Source: a virus (lineage: Duplodnaviria > Caudoviricetes). Taken from it: DNA of 62,175 nt. The translations under genes and the position numbers were made by a program. The stretch covers positions 1 through 62,175 of IMG/VR virus record IMGVR_UViG_3300043595_000031, one strand, 5' to 3'. Under the pieces are notes generated by a model, which worked only from the letters and a program-made list of their open reading frames with translations, searched no databases and was not told the DNA's origin. Below are positions 20,025-30,035 of this stretch, piece by piece (the stretch's first letter is position 1; every line of letters starts with the position of its first letter).

Positions 20025-21387
20025 CGTAAATCCTCTTCTCGATCATCTTCATGTATGTGAGGTCCTTGAGTGCTCGGTCGAAGTGCTCTCGCTGGAGTGC
20101 GACGAGCTCGCGCCACTTAAGTGGGTTGACGGCGAGGCTGTCGATCCGGTCCCTGAGCTCCTTTGGCGTCTTCACGCGGAGCCACCACTGCAGCTCCGCG
20201 GACGCGTCGCCGAGGATGTTGTTCTGCGTGTCGTACTCCGGGTGAAAGAAGCACACAGTCCCGGCGGCGAACGCCTCCCACGGCTTCGCGGTTGCCCATC
20301 CACTTCCGGATGAGGGAGTGGTGAAGGTGCACCGGACGCTGTGAAGTTTCGGGTAGTACTGATCCCACGGTGCGGGCTTGATCATCTCGTGGTAGCCCGA
20401 CTCCTTCGACCACGTGCCGTGAACGAAGTGCGGCTTCAGTGGCATCACCCAGTCGCGGAGGATGTTCTTACGCTGGAGCTCGGGTCGGATCCCGATGGCG
20501 CGTGCCTCATTAATGAACAGTCCGAAGTCTCCCGACCGCTGCCAATCGTCGTTAAATGATATGAGGTCACCGAACGGCGTTCCGGGCCGAAGTCCGTTGA
20601 TCTCGAGACGAGCGTACGTGTCGCGCACGGTTGACAGCCACGTCTCTGACGGATAATCACCGATCTGCGTCGCGTAGTGCGTCCACTCTTGCCCCGGCCA
20701 GCCAGGCGTGACGGGCTCACGGAAGTCACCGTAACGGTGATGCTTAAGCGGTTTTTCACTGTTGAACTGCGCGAGGATCGGATGACGAAGCGGCCACTTC
20801 ATGTCGCGCATCTTGTGGCGGTTGCGCGCGTCCGCGTTGAGACAGATCTCCTCGCGGTTCCACGGGTCGACGTCGCGCCAGCGATTGATGCCGCGGAGCA
20901 TGAAGCCGGAGTACCACGCGCACCAGTCCTGCGGCTTCGTCAGCTGCGTCGGATCCTCTACCTTCGGGATCGGCGTGTTCGACGTGCCGTGCTGGCCGAC
21001 CCACATCACCATCGCATCGAGCGACTCGAAGGTCTTGAACGTGATGTCATCGAAGATCTTCGCCAACCGGAGCTGGCGAGCGGGTGTGAGCGTCTCACCC
21101 TTAATGTCGCCGTCAGCTGCGATCGCCGCATCGAGTTGCGGCTTCCACGGTCCGCCGCCGTACGGGTAGTGCACGTTCCACGGGTTGTGAACGTTCTCCG
21201 GAAGTCCGACGTCTTGCGGGTTCTCACCGCTGTTACGCCCGATCAGGATGTACGCGTTGTCCGGGTGTCGCAGTGCCATCTCCTTGACGACCGCGACCAT
21301 CTCGACGTCGCCGCCGAGGTTGCCGCATCGCTCCAGTGTGAGCGGCATGGAACGTCCTAGCTTTCCGTAGCCGATGATCTTGCCCAT
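20014..21387 (-). CDS. GT-B fold glycosyltransferase, candidate DNA base glycosyltransferase
   Basis: C-terminal ATAKPWEAFAAGTVCFF GT-B signature; sits with nucleotide-sugar and dNTP genes. Confidence 0.6.
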   Translation of the reverse strand: MGKIIGYGKLGRSMPLTLERCGNLGGDVEMVAVVKEMALRHPDNAYILIGRNSGENPQDVGLPENVHNPWNVHYPYGGGPWKPQLDAAIAADGDIKGETLTPARQLRLAKIFDDITFKTFESLDAMVMWVGQHGTSNTPIPKVEDPTQLTKPQDWCAWYSGFMLRGINRWRDVDPWNREEICLNADARNRHKMRDMKWPLRHPILAQFNSEKPLKHHRYGDFREPVTPGWPGQEWTHYATQIGDYPSETWLSTVRDTYARLEINGLRPGTPFGDLISFNDDWQRSGDFGLFINEARAIGIRPELQRKNILRDWVMPLKPHFVHGTWSKESGYHEMIKPAPWDQYYPKLHSVRCTFTTPSSGSGWATAKPWEAFAAGTVCFFHPEYDTQNNILGDASAELQWWLRVKTPKELRDRIDSLAVNPLKWRELVALQREHFDRALKDLTYMKMIEKRIYGDA

Positions 21388-21402
21388 GCTTATCCTTCCT
21401 AA

Positions 21403-21437
21403 GACCGAGGACCCGCACAGCAGTCGGGTCCTCGGTC
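21403..21437. terminator. Hairpin between the SSB-like gene and the modification genes
   Basis: GACCGAGGACCCG/CGGGTCCTCGGTC 13-bp stem. Confidence 0.6.
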
Positions 21438-21447
21438 GGCTCGGATG

Positions 21448-22044
21448 TTAGAACGCGGGAGTGGGAGGTGAAGTGGCGGGTGGTGCGGCCGGCATCGCAC
21501 CGATCGTCGGAGTGGTGGGCGCGGCCGGCGTGGACGGAACCGGCGGCCCCGACGGAACGCTCGGTGTCGACATCGGGGAGGCTGAGCTGCCCGAGGTGGC
21601 ACCGTACTTGGCCGGCCCGACAACCAATCCAGGCGGTGGCGGACCGGTCAGTACAAGCGGAGCAATCCGCTTGATCTCGTTAAGCGTCGCCCCCTGCCAC
21701 TCCCGCTGACCCAGCGTCAGGTGAGCACCGCGGTTGAGAAGGGCGGCCGCTACGTCGTCCGGCTTCGGGCTGGCGGCGAAGAAGTCCGTGTCCAGTCCGA
21801 GCAGCGCCATCTGGTCGAAGAAGATACGCAGAGCCACGGACGACTCGGCGGAGATGGTGAAGTTAGAGCTCACAGCCCGCTTCTCATACGGGCCGCCGAT
21901 GATCCGCCACTTCGTCTTGATCATCGGCTTGCCGTTGGACGACGTCGTCGCCGTGGCCTCGACGATGATCGCGTCGTAGTCGCCGTCCGGCATGGCGCTG
22001 CCGGCCTTCGCCGTCTGCTGCAGTGCAGACCAGTCGATTTCCAT
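21448..22044 (-). CDS. DUF669 SSB-like protein
   Basis: MPDGDYDA..SSNGKPMI..REWQG..NEIK; Pro-rich tail ending in F; next to AAA ATPase. Confidence 0.75.
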   Translation of the reverse strand: MEIDWSALQQTAKAGSAMPDGDYDAIIVEATATTSSNGKPMIKTKWRIIGGPYEKRAVSSNFTISAESSVALRIFFDQMALLGLDTDFFAASPKPDDVAAALLNRGAHLTLGQREWQGATLNEIKRIAPLVLTGPPPPGLVVGPAKYGATSGSSASPMSTPSVPSGPPVPSTPAAPTTPTIGAMPAAPPATSPPTPAF

Positions 22045-22047
22045 TCA

Positions 22048-22809
22048 CTACTCCTTTGGGTAGATCGTGTCCATCATACCGGACACGCTTGGGTTGACGA
22101 TGTTGTCGGGAAGCATGCCCTGCACGCGCTCTCCCGACTCGAACTGCTCGTGTGACCCGACGAACAGGTTCACGATCTTCTGTGTGAGGTTGCCGTCCGC
22201 GTCGGGTCCACGCGTCTGGTAGAGGTAGCCGCAGATGTCGACCCAGTACGGGAGCGACGTCGCGATCTGTCCCTGCATGTACGGGCGCCACTTGCCGTTC
22301 AGCTCACGCGTCTCGGCAATGAAGATGACGCACCGCGTCGGCTGGTGCGGGTTGATGGTGAGGTCACGGATGCCGCGGATGAGCTGATCCATCCGGGCAA
22401 GGACCGCGCCCCAACCGTCGTAGCCCTTCACGATGCCGTCGCCGCTGATGTTCGTCTTTAGTCGGCGCTGCAGCTCAGTGATGCTGTCCAGGACGATCGA
22501 CACGAAGTCGTGCTGCCCGGACAGCAGCCACGCCACCACCCGCTGGATGTCCTCCCAACTTGTGATGCTCACGTACGCGACGTCCCACGTTCCGTCGTGG
22601 CGCGGTGGTGCCTCCACTGGGTTCCACGTCATCTTGCGCAGTGGGATGCCCGACCTGAATCCCTGCTCACGGATGAACTTCCACGAACCCTCCGCGTCGA
22701 TGACGAGGAGAGGGAGTGGTGCGGTCGACGTCACCGTCGATTTACCCGCCTTGCTCGCGCCGTGAATGAGCATGCTAATGACGCGATCATCCTTCACTTG
22801 GTTTCCCAC
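22048..22809 (-). CDS. AAA_24 / Sak4-like ATPase
   Basis: GASKAGKS Walker A; IVLDSITE Walker B. Confidence 0.85.
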   Translation of the reverse strand: MGNQVKDDRVISMLIHGASKAGKSTVTSTAPLPLLVIDAEGSWKFIREQGFRSGIPLRKMTWNPVEAPPRHDGTWDVAYVSITSWEDIQRVVAWLLSGQHDFVSIVLDSITELQRRLKTNISGDGIVKGYDGWGAVLARMDQLIRGIRDLTINPHQPTRCVIFIAETRELNGKWRPYMQGQIATSLPYWVDICGYLYQTRGPDADGNLTQKIVNLFVGSHEQFESGERVQGMLPDNIVNPSVSGMMDTIYPKE

Positions 22810-23093
22810 TGGATGTTGCGTGTCACCGCAAAGACATCTACGTCGGTGATCACAGAAAGCTTACGATCGATGTCGGTGATGTTAGCACCGCGTGCGGTGT
22901 ACACCCAGCCGACGAAGTGTCCATCGTAGTTCGTGAAGAGCTCTCCGGCCCAGCGATCGTTTGCAGCGTCCATGAGAATATCGAATTTCTCAACTGCCGC
23001 TTCTTCGACAACGACGAGTGCATACTGCGTCGTCACTGGTTTCTGCGTCGTCTCCACTTCAGCGGTGCGCACGTGATTTACGTACTTGCTCAT
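22794..23093 (-). CDS. Hypothetical protein
   Basis: Fills the gap in the operon with overlaps. Confidence 0.6.
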   Translation of the reverse strand: MSKYVNHVRTAEVETTQKPVTTQYALVVVEEAAVEKFDILMDAANDRWAGELFTNYDGHFVGWVYTARGANITDIDRKLSVITDVDVFAVTRNIQWETK

Positions 23094-24367
23094 TCGTTCA
23101 CTCCCAGCACTTCGTTCTTGTAGTAGTCGAGTGGATCACCCTCGTCGTAGTACTGCTTGATCATGTCCTCCACTCTGGAGCCGTCGTCGAACATCGGGCA
23201 GATGGCGAGGAACGGGCAGTCCCACGCGCAGTCACGCGTCGGTGACGGATACGCGACGGTGTGGTGTGATGCTCCCGCGTTGAGCTGGTCGGCCACCTCC
23301 ATCATGTCAGTGATCTCGCCGACGATGCGCCGGCGGTAGTTCTCCACGGTGTGAACGTTGTGGCGAACCTCGACGCGCTCGAAGAACGGCGGCTTCGCCG
23401 CGGCCGTGCGTCGCACGCGGCGCATCATGTTGTAGAGCGCACCCTCAGTTCGCAGTCCGTCGTCACCCAGTGCCATCGCCTCGAGGAGGTGGTAGTGCAT
23501 CATCTGCTCGTTCAGCGGAAGCATGCGCACGAGGTCGCCGAAGGACGCGACGGACTTGTGATCCATGAAAAGATACACGTTGTCGATCTTTCGCCGCAGC
23601 CGCACATCCAGCTTGCCGATGATGGCGACCTTGTCGTCGAACTCGGCGAGACCCGCCTCCACGTACTGCTCGGCGGCGACCACCTCGAGCTCGGAGTCGG
23701 CACCCGTCTCCGCGATCCACTGGAGGTATCCCTCCATCATGATGCGCTCGAGGTCGGCCTCCTTCTCGAACTTCGCCCGCACATCATCGTTGACGAGTGG
23801 GTTGCCCTCCATCGCTGCGCGATCCTGGAGGATGAGTCCTTCCAGCGCGGCGAGGAGGTCGATCGGCCCGCTGGGTGAGTAGTGAAACTGGAGCGCACGG
23901 TGTAAGCGGTTGCCGATCTGCCGTGGGCCGATGGGTGACTCGTGCCTGAGGTGAAGTCCACGGTGCCACGCCAGCCACCACTTGCGGCGGCAGCGCTTGA
24001 ACGACTGGATCTCCGAGTTAGACACGTAGCGCTCGTAGCGCTTGTCCATCACCCTGACGAGTGCGGCGAAGTCCACCTCCTCCACCACGGGAGTAAGTGG
24101 TAGGAAGTTGTCTTGCGTCTCGTTCACCGTGATAATGGCGACGGGTGGCGGTGCCGGCGGTGGGATGCGGATGGGTTGACCCGGCAGTGTGTTCCCGCTG
24201 GGTATCACGCCCACGAGGTCGAGTGCGGTTCGCTCGTCATCGTGAATGACGTTCTTATTCTCGATCCGCCACACCTTCCCCTCGGTGAGGCCACACGCGG
24301 CCGCCAGTGCCTTTCGCGACATGTTCCGGCGACGACGGTAGTCGATGACGTCCGCACCGGTCATCAT
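23090..24367 (-). CDS. PD-(D/E)XK Cas4/RecB-like exonuclease with N-terminal XRE HTH
   Basis: SNSEIQSFKRC, GKLD..DHKS, CAWDCPFLAIC; N-terminal MSRKALAAACGLTEGKVWRIE. Confidence 0.85.
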   Translation of the reverse strand: MMTGADVIDYRRRRNMSRKALAAACGLTEGKVWRIENKNVIHDDERTALDLVGVIPSGNTLPGQPIRIPPPAPPPVAIITVNETQDNFLPLTPVVEEVDFAALVRVMDKRYERYVSNSEIQSFKRCRRKWWLAWHRGLHLRHESPIGPRQIGNRLHRALQFHYSPSGPIDLLAALEGLILQDRAAMEGNPLVNDDVRAKFEKEADLERIMMEGYLQWIAETGADSELEVVAAEQYVEAGLAEFDDKVAIIGKLDVRLRRKIDNVYLFMDHKSVASFGDLVRMLPLNEQMMHYHLLEAMALGDDGLRTEGALYNMMRRVRRTAAAKPPFFERVEVRHNVHTVENYRRRIVGEITDMMEVADQLNAGASHHTVAYPSPTRDCAWDCPFLAICPMFDDGSRVEDMIKQYYDEGDPLDYYKNEVLGVNE

Positions 24368-24450
24368 AGCACGATCAGTCCTACGATGACGACCAGCGTT
24401 GCGCAGATCATTCCGAGTGCGAGCAGTCCGGCCTTCGTACTGGGTGTCAC
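24364..24450 (-). CDS. Tiny single-TM peptide (28 aa)
   Basis: VTPSTKAGLLALGMICATLVVIVGLIVL; exact GTGA and ATGA coupling on both sides. Confidence 0.5.
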   Translation of the reverse strand: MTPSTKAGLLALGMICATLVVIVGLIVL

Positions 24451-26264
24451 AACTTCACCGCCATGATGCGTGCCTCCTCGGCATCGAGTTCGTCGGGTCT
24501 TCCACCCGCGGCGATGATCGTAGCACGATCACGCGTGATCTCCTGCAGCCGCAGGAACTTCTCAGTCAGCGAGACGATCTGCTTCTCCTCGACCGTTCCT
24601 CTCGCGACGATGTCAATGACGTGGATGGACTCGTGAATCTCCGAGCCGATGCGGTGCACGCGGTCCTCGGCCTGCTTGTTGTCGATCATCGAGTCGCTAC
24701 GCTGTAAGAAGACGATGGTGTCGGCCGCGGTCATCGTCAGGCCCGTACCGCCGGCCTTCAGGGTGAACAGCAGCACACGGAGCTTCCCGGCCTGGAACTG
24801 CTCCAGTGTGAGCTTCCGCTCGTACTCAGTGATGGCTCCGGTGATGAGGCCGTACGAGATCCTCAGCTTGTCGAGTCGGGCGGCCGCCAGGTCGATGAGC
24901 TTACGCTGCTCGGCGCACACCACGATGGGAGCGTCACCGTGCTCCTCGAGCACGAGCTCCAGTTCGTCGAGCTTGGGCGACGGCTCGCAGGGTATCCACG
25001 TCGTGTCATCGATCTTCACCATCGACGAGGCGATCTGCATGTGACGAATGCGTGCGACGAGTTGGTCCGTGACGCTTACGTTCGTTCCGTCGACGTTCAC
25101 GACGACCTGGTCGTCGAGCTGACGGTACACCTTCGCCTGCGCGGGGGTTAGATCCACCCAGCGTGTCGTACGTATCTTGGCAGGCAGTTGGCTAAGAACG
25201 AGCGCCTTCGGCATGCGCCGGAAACGCGAATCGAGCAGTTGGTCGAACTCAGCTCGTGCGGCGGGGTTGATCCCAACGATGTCGAGACCTCCGAAAGCGT
25301 TCCATGACTGCAGGCAATAACGGTCAACGAAGTGTCCTCGTGCTGGAAAGTCGAGCGGCGAGATCGCGTGAAGGATCGACCACAGATCTCCCGGATGATT
25401 TGCGAGTGGTGTGCCTGTGAGTGCCCAACGTTGCCGCACGCTATGCTGATGCGCCACGGCCCACACCGATCGTGTCTGCTTCGACTGGGGATTCTTAATT
25501 CGGTGTGCCTCATCAATGATCACCGTTCGAAAGGGGATCCGGTTGAGCTCCTTGGGATGCACCTCGCACTGGGCCGGCTTGAGCGTCTGCTCACCGTTCG
25601 TCTTGTCGCACTCACGGCAGCGACGGAGACGGATGCTCCCGTAACCGGTGAGCCGTGAGAGGAGACGTACCGACTCGATGTTCACGATGACGACGGCACT
25701 GGGATCCTGCGCCGCGGCCTCGAGCACCTTCTTACGTCCGACCGCACCGCCCGTGACGACGTACGGTACACCCTCCGCCGTCCACCGCGCGGTCTCGTCG
25801 GCCCAGTTCGTCTTCACCGAGTTCGGGCAGATGACGAGTGCGGGGTACTGGTCCGACACGTCCAGTGCGTTCAGCACCTGGATCGTCTTGCCCGTTCCCA
25901 TCTCATCGGCGAGGAGTGCCTCACTCGCAAGCTGGACGAACGTCGAGCCGACGCGCTGAAAGTCGTAGAGCCGATCATCGCGGTCAACCCAGGCGTCGCC
26001 GGGTAGCTTCGTCAGGTTGCGCATCGCCATGAGTCGCTCGATGCGCGGTCGCTGCAGCCACGCCCAGTCGTTGAGATCTCCACCGACGACGAGCTTCTCT
26101 GCGAACACACCGCGTAAGACGACGCACGAGGTCCACGTCAGTGGCATGTGCCAGAACTTATTCACCGGATCCCAGCGGGCTCCGGGTACGAGCTTGATCA
26201 GCTCACGCTCATTCCACTGGGTGTGAACGATGATGCGATTGGCGTTAACGTCGGCGGTAGGCAC
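24447..26264 (-). CDS. SNF2-family (SF2) helicase
   Basis: LADEMGTGKT, DEAH, LTGTP, QAEDRVHRIG. Confidence 0.93.
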   Translation of the reverse strand: MPTADVNANRIIVHTQWNERELIKLVPGARWDPVNKFWHMPLTWTSCVVLRGVFAEKLVVGGDLNDWAWLQRPRIERLMAMRNLTKLPGDAWVDRDDRLYDFQRVGSTFVQLASEALLADEMGTGKTIQVLNALDVSDQYPALVICPNSVKTNWADETARWTAEGVPYVVTGGAVGRKKVLEAAAQDPSAVVIVNIESVRLLSRLTGYGSIRLRRCRECDKTNGEQTLKPAQCEVHPKELNRIPFRTVIIDEAHRIKNPQSKQTRSVWAVAHQHSVRQRWALTGTPLANHPGDLWSILHAISPLDFPARGHFVDRYCLQSWNAFGGLDIVGINPAARAEFDQLLDSRFRRMPKALVLSQLPAKIRTTRWVDLTPAQAKVYRQLDDQVVVNVDGTNVSVTDQLVARIRHMQIASSMVKIDDTTWIPCEPSPKLDELELVLEEHGDAPIVVCAEQRKLIDLAAARLDKLRISYGLITGAITEYERKLTLEQFQAGKLRVLLFTLKAGGTGLTMTAADTIVFLQRSDSMIDNKQAEDRVHRIGSEIHESIHVIDIVARGTVEEKQIVSLTEKFLRLQEITRDRATIIAAGGRPDELDAEEARIMAVKL

Positions 26265-26297
26265 TCATTCGCTCCGTTCATTTCGGTGCTTTCTGTT

Positions 26298-26738
26298 TTA
26301 GATCGTACCAAGCGCCGTCTGCACCAGGCTGTGGTCGGGCCACCGCTGGGCGAGTCCGAGGAACGCGTGACGCGCGGCCTGATTGACGTGATCCTTGCCC
26401 GGCACCCACCAGTCGATGACGGCGAGTTGCTCACGCGTGACGCGCATACGCTCACTGCGACCCTGCAGTGTGAACGTCTCACCCGTCTTATAAGCGAGGT
26501 AGCGAAGAGCACCGATGATCTCCAGCGCCTCCGGCTGCTGCGTGTGCTTGCCCGACGTCATCGTGTACCGTTCACAGTGAATGTGAATGGCACCCTGCGT
26601 CGCGCGGTGGATCTCCAGCAGACGATCCACCTCGGACACGCAGTCGATCGCCTCGAGCTCGGTGCCGAACGAGTAGCTCGTCTTTTCGTTCACGACGAAC
26701 AACCCGGACATCTTACCGGGATCCACGGCGATGATCAC
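26298..26738 (-). CDS. RuvC-like Holliday junction resolvase
   Basis: IIAVDPGKMSG, CER, DHVNQAARH; GTG overlapping the polymerase stop. Confidence 0.7.
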   Translation of the reverse strand: MIIAVDPGKMSGLFVVNEKTSYSFGTELEAIDCVSEVDRLLEIHRATQGAIHIHCERYTMTSGKHTQQPEALEIIGALRYLAYKTGETFTLQGRSERMRVTREQLAVIDWWVPGKDHVNQAARHAFLGLAQRWPDHSLVQTALGTI

Positions 26739-28501
26739 TCCCACTCCTTCTTTGAGCCCCACGAGTTTCCCCACGACACGGACGAAGAGAGCGGCACCGT
26801 GAACATTGTGTCGTCGTTCATCGTCTTCTTCAGGATGTCCGCGACGTCCGCGGCCGACTCGCGCGGAACGTCGAGGATAATCTCGTCGTGCACGGGTACG
26901 ACCATCCACTCACCGAGGCCGGCGTTGTCCAGCTCAATGATCTTCTTCTTGAGCACCGCGGCGGCCGCGCCTTGGATGAGGAAGTTGACGAGTGCGTACT
27001 CTTTGCCAGGATCGCTAACTTGCTTGCGTCGCGTGATGGGACAGCGAACGTACGGGAGACCCTCGTTCACCCGCCGCTGGGTGGCCACGGACTGCACGCT
27101 TCGCTGGAACTTAAGAACGTCCGGGAAGAGTTCGTCCCAGCGGGCGCGGACGGCGCGACCCTGCTCGACCGGGATGCCGGCCGTCTTGCTGAACTTCTCC
27201 ACACCCGCGCCGTAGATGGTCGCGTACCCAGCGTTCTTGACGACCTGCCGTCGCACGTCAGACTTGACGATGTTCTCATCGCCGTACACCATGCGGGCGA
27301 GAGCGACGAAGAAGTCAGTGTCGCCCTTGAACGCCGCGATCATCGACGCCTCGCCGGCCATTGACGCCAGCATCCGCATCTCCACCTGGTCGAAGTCGCA
27401 CATCATCATGACGTTGCCCGGTCGCGCCGTGACGCAGTTGCGACACGTCTCGGCCGCCGGTTGGTTATCGTTCTTCCGCGGGAGGTTCTGAAGATTTGGT
27501 CGCTCCATAGACATCCGTGAAGTCCGAGCACCCAGTACGTTGATGGAGGGATGGATGAGGTGATCGGCGTCAACCTCCGTGACGAAGTGCCCCAGGTACG
27601 TCGACGCCAGCTTCTGTAGCTGACGACGCTGAAGGACCGTCTGGGCAAGAGGATGATCGATGGCGCCGAGAACTTCCTTGTCCAGAGCCAGAGCGCCCGA
27701 GGCCGTCTGCTTGTCGAACTCATAGCCCGCCTCCTGCAGGATCTTGATGACCGACGCGTTCGCTCCCGCGGAGATTCCGTACGTCGACTTCACCCACGCG
27801 GCGGACTCGTCGACGTAGCGCGTGAACGCGGCCAGCTTCTCTTGCGCGTACGGCAGGTCGATGTGCGCGCCGTACCGCTCCATCCGCTCGATGATCCAGC
27901 TAACGGTGTTCTCCAGCTCAAAGGCGTCCGGGCACTCCGCCTGCACCTGCGGCCAGAGGATCTCCGCGACCTTCCACGTCAGCACCGCATCGAGCGCGCC
28001 GTACGTCCAGTACGGCTGGTACGTGATGGGAACCGTCGCCCACGTCCACGCCGTGTCCTTCAGCTCCGTCTGGAGTGACGCGGCCTGCGCGTCGACGAGA
28101 CGAGACGCTACGTTCTTGAGGGCGGTGGAGTAGTGGGGCGTGAGGCAGTGTGACATGATTCGCGTGTCACGGACACGGTCACGCGGCATGGTGATACCCG
28201 CGTGGTCAAGCATACCCACGTCGAACTTCGCGTTGTGAGCCAGCCAGTGGCCGTCCCACCGCCTGACGATGTCGCCGAACAGACCGTGCCAACCGTCGAA
28301 AGGAATAGCCCAGCCGTGAACACCGTCTCCCACCTGGACAAGACGGACCCGATCCTGACCAACGATGAGCCCAGTCGTCTCAGTGTCGAATGCGAGAGCG
28401 TGAATCTCACGGCGATTTCCCATCCACTCGTGGAGCTTGAGCACCTCATCGATGCTGTCGACGAGATGCAACTTGACGTCACCCAGACTCACGGGTATCA
28501 A
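26735..28501 (-). CDS. polA: Family A DNA polymerase with 3'-5' exonuclease
   Basis: FDTETTG, HNAKFD, DFDQVEMR, KNAGYATIYG, VHDE. Confidence 0.95.
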   Translation of the reverse strand: MIPVSLGDVKLHLVDSIDEVLKLHEWMGNRREIHALAFDTETTGLIVGQDRVRLVQVGDGVHGWAIPFDGWHGLFGDIVRRWDGHWLAHNAKFDVGMLDHAGITMPRDRVRDTRIMSHCLTPHYSTALKNVASRLVDAQAASLQTELKDTAWTWATVPITYQPYWTYGALDAVLTWKVAEILWPQVQAECPDAFELENTVSWIIERMERYGAHIDLPYAQEKLAAFTRYVDESAAWVKSTYGISAGANASVIKILQEAGYEFDKQTASGALALDKEVLGAIDHPLAQTVLQRRQLQKLASTYLGHFVTEVDADHLIHPSINVLGARTSRMSMERPNLQNLPRKNDNQPAAETCRNCVTARPGNVMMMCDFDQVEMRMLASMAGEASMIAAFKGDTDFFVALARMVYGDENIVKSDVRRQVVKNAGYATIYGAGVEKFSKTAGIPVEQGRAVRARWDELFPDVLKFQRSVQSVATQRRVNEGLPYVRCPITRRKQVSDPGKEYALVNFLIQGAAAAVLKKKIIELDNAGLGEWMVVPVHDEIILDVPRESAADVADILKKTMNDDTMFTVPLSSSVSWGNSWGSKKEWE

Positions 28502-28691
28502 TCCTCACCATCGTCTGAATCGACACCTTGTGTTCGGTCCCGGCTATGTGAAGGCCGGCCCACACGTCACGCTCTGCGCGAACATCGAACGGCATCTCAA
28601 GTTCGCAGCCCTCACAGTTCGCCATGTGAAACACCGTCACGTCGGCGCTCGCCTGAAGTAAGATCGCCTGTCTCACAGCTCCGTCACCCAC
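28479..28691 (-). CDS. Small Cys/His protein
   Basis: CEGC...H...H pattern; fills operon gap. Confidence 0.5.
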   Translation of the reverse strand: MGDGAVRQAILLQASADVTVFHMANCEGCELEMPFDVRAERDVWAGLHIAGTEHKVSIQTMVRIDTRESG

Positions 28692-29236
28692 AGTCCGCAG
28701 CTCATCATGAAGTCCATCGCCCTCTGCGGACTGCGGTGTGAGTCGTCGATCGCGGGCCTCGCGTAGAAGACCTTGAGCAGTCCGCTGTTCGCGATCAACT
28801 TAGCGCAGCCGAAGCACACCGTGGAGGAGACGTAGATGCTACCACGTACCCGCTGGGCGCGATCACCGAACATTAGCGCGTTCGCCTCGGCGTGGAGCGA
28901 CGGGCAGTCGGAGTAGTCCGCTGCGAGCGTACGCCCGGTGAGAACTTCCACCGCTCTTCCCTGAATCTCACGCTCGAACGTCGTCTGCGTTCGCCCACGC
29001 TCGCACCACCACTCGCAGGTGGGACGGTTAATGTCCGCGCCACCGCCGCAGTTCGCGGGTGAGAACCCAGCGGGTGGCCCGTTGTACCCCGTGTCGACGA
29101 TCCGGTTCTCGGCAGAGACGATCACGGCTCCGACCTGGTCACGGGCGCACAGCGACCGGCGACCAACCGCCTTCGCCGTGTCCATCCACAACTGGTCCCA
29201 GGTAGGACGCGAAGACCTTGCGATACTGTCGTTCAC
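28673..29236 (-). CDS. dCMP deaminase
   Basis: RPTWD, RSLC, VGAVIV, TGYNG, HAEANA, CFGC. Confidence 0.92.
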   Translation of the reverse strand: MNDSIARSSRPTWDQLWMDTAKAVGRRSLCARDQVGAVIVSAENRIVDTGYNGPPAGFSPANCGGGADINRPTCEWWCERGRTQTTFEREIQGRAVEVLTGRTLAADYSDCPSLHAEANALMFGDRAQRVRGSIYVSSTVCFGCAKLIANSGLLKVFYARPAIDDSHRSPQRAMDFMMSCGLWVTEL

Positions 29237-30035
29237 TGCTCGTCTCCTCCACGTTCTCTGCGTTCGTTGTGAGCACGCGTGCGCGCTTCATCATGGTGGT
29301 AAAGCTGTCGCTCGGTCGGCCGATACCCGAGAAGACGAGCTCGTCGAGCTTCGGCTCGCGGAGCGGTCGGAAGTCGCAGTCCAAAGCCTTCGACACATCC
29401 TCGACGTAGATGTGCATGGACATCGTGACGTGGCGGTAGCGCCCGGGCTCGAGTCCGAGTGCGCGGGCGACGGTGCACTGGAGCTGGGTGAACTGGAACA
29501 GGTCGTACGGTAGTCCCAGCCAGACGTCGTTGCTCCGCATGACGACGGTCATACACAGGAGGTCGCGCCGGTTGATCTCAAAGTGGAGCATCACCGTGCA
29601 CGGGTAGTCCTTCTTGTCCTCGAGGTTATCGAGCACGGGATCCCAGAGGGTGACGATGGCCTGCCGCGTCTCCGAATCCTCCTTGAGCTTGCGTACGACG
29701 CTCGCTACCTGGTACCGCACGCGGCTGCCGTACGAGCCGTGGAAGTGACCGTCGGGTTCCAGAAAGTCGTTGAACTTTACCGCGGCCTTCGTCAGGAGGT
29801 CCGTGTTGGTGAACCCACCGATCAGCTGAACGGCCTCGGCCACCGCGATGCGCATGGTCAGGCCGGGACGAAGACCCAGCGGGAACGCGTAGTACGGTGT
29901 CTCCAGCTCAATGACCGTGAATCCTAGATCCCGTGTCTTGCGTCCGCGCGGTTCACGCGGAACACCCTGCACGATTACGCTGTGGACAACGTCGCCGTAG
30001 ACGTCCTGGCCGTGGAGGGCTTCGAAGGTCGCCAC
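29139..30035 (-). CDS. Thymidylate synthase homolog, probable dCMP hydroxymethylase or other dCMP C5-modifying enzyme
   Basis: TRQA, DYPC, MRSNDVWLGLPYD (Asp at the base-specificity site), SMHIY; GTG start at 30035. Confidence 0.8.
   Translation of the reverse strand: MATFEALHGQDVYGDVVHSVIVQGVPREPRGRKTRDLGFTVIELETPYYAFPLGLRPGLTMRIAVAEAVQLIGGFTNTDLLTKAAVKFNDFLEPDGHFHGSYGSRVRYQVASVVRKLKEDSETRQAIVTLWDPVLDNLEDKKDYPCTVMLHFEINRRDLLCMTVVMRSNDVWLGLPYDLFQFTQLQCTVARALGLEPGRYRHVTMSMHIYVEDVSKALDCDFRPLREPKLDELVFSGIGRPSDSFTTMMKRARVLTTNAENVEETSSERQYRKVFASYLGPVVDGHGEGGWSPVAVRP

Noticed and set aside
23090-24367. CRISPR-Cas system suggested by the Cas4-like nuclease
   Set aside because: No repeat-spacer array or other cas genes seen; the context is a phage recombination module
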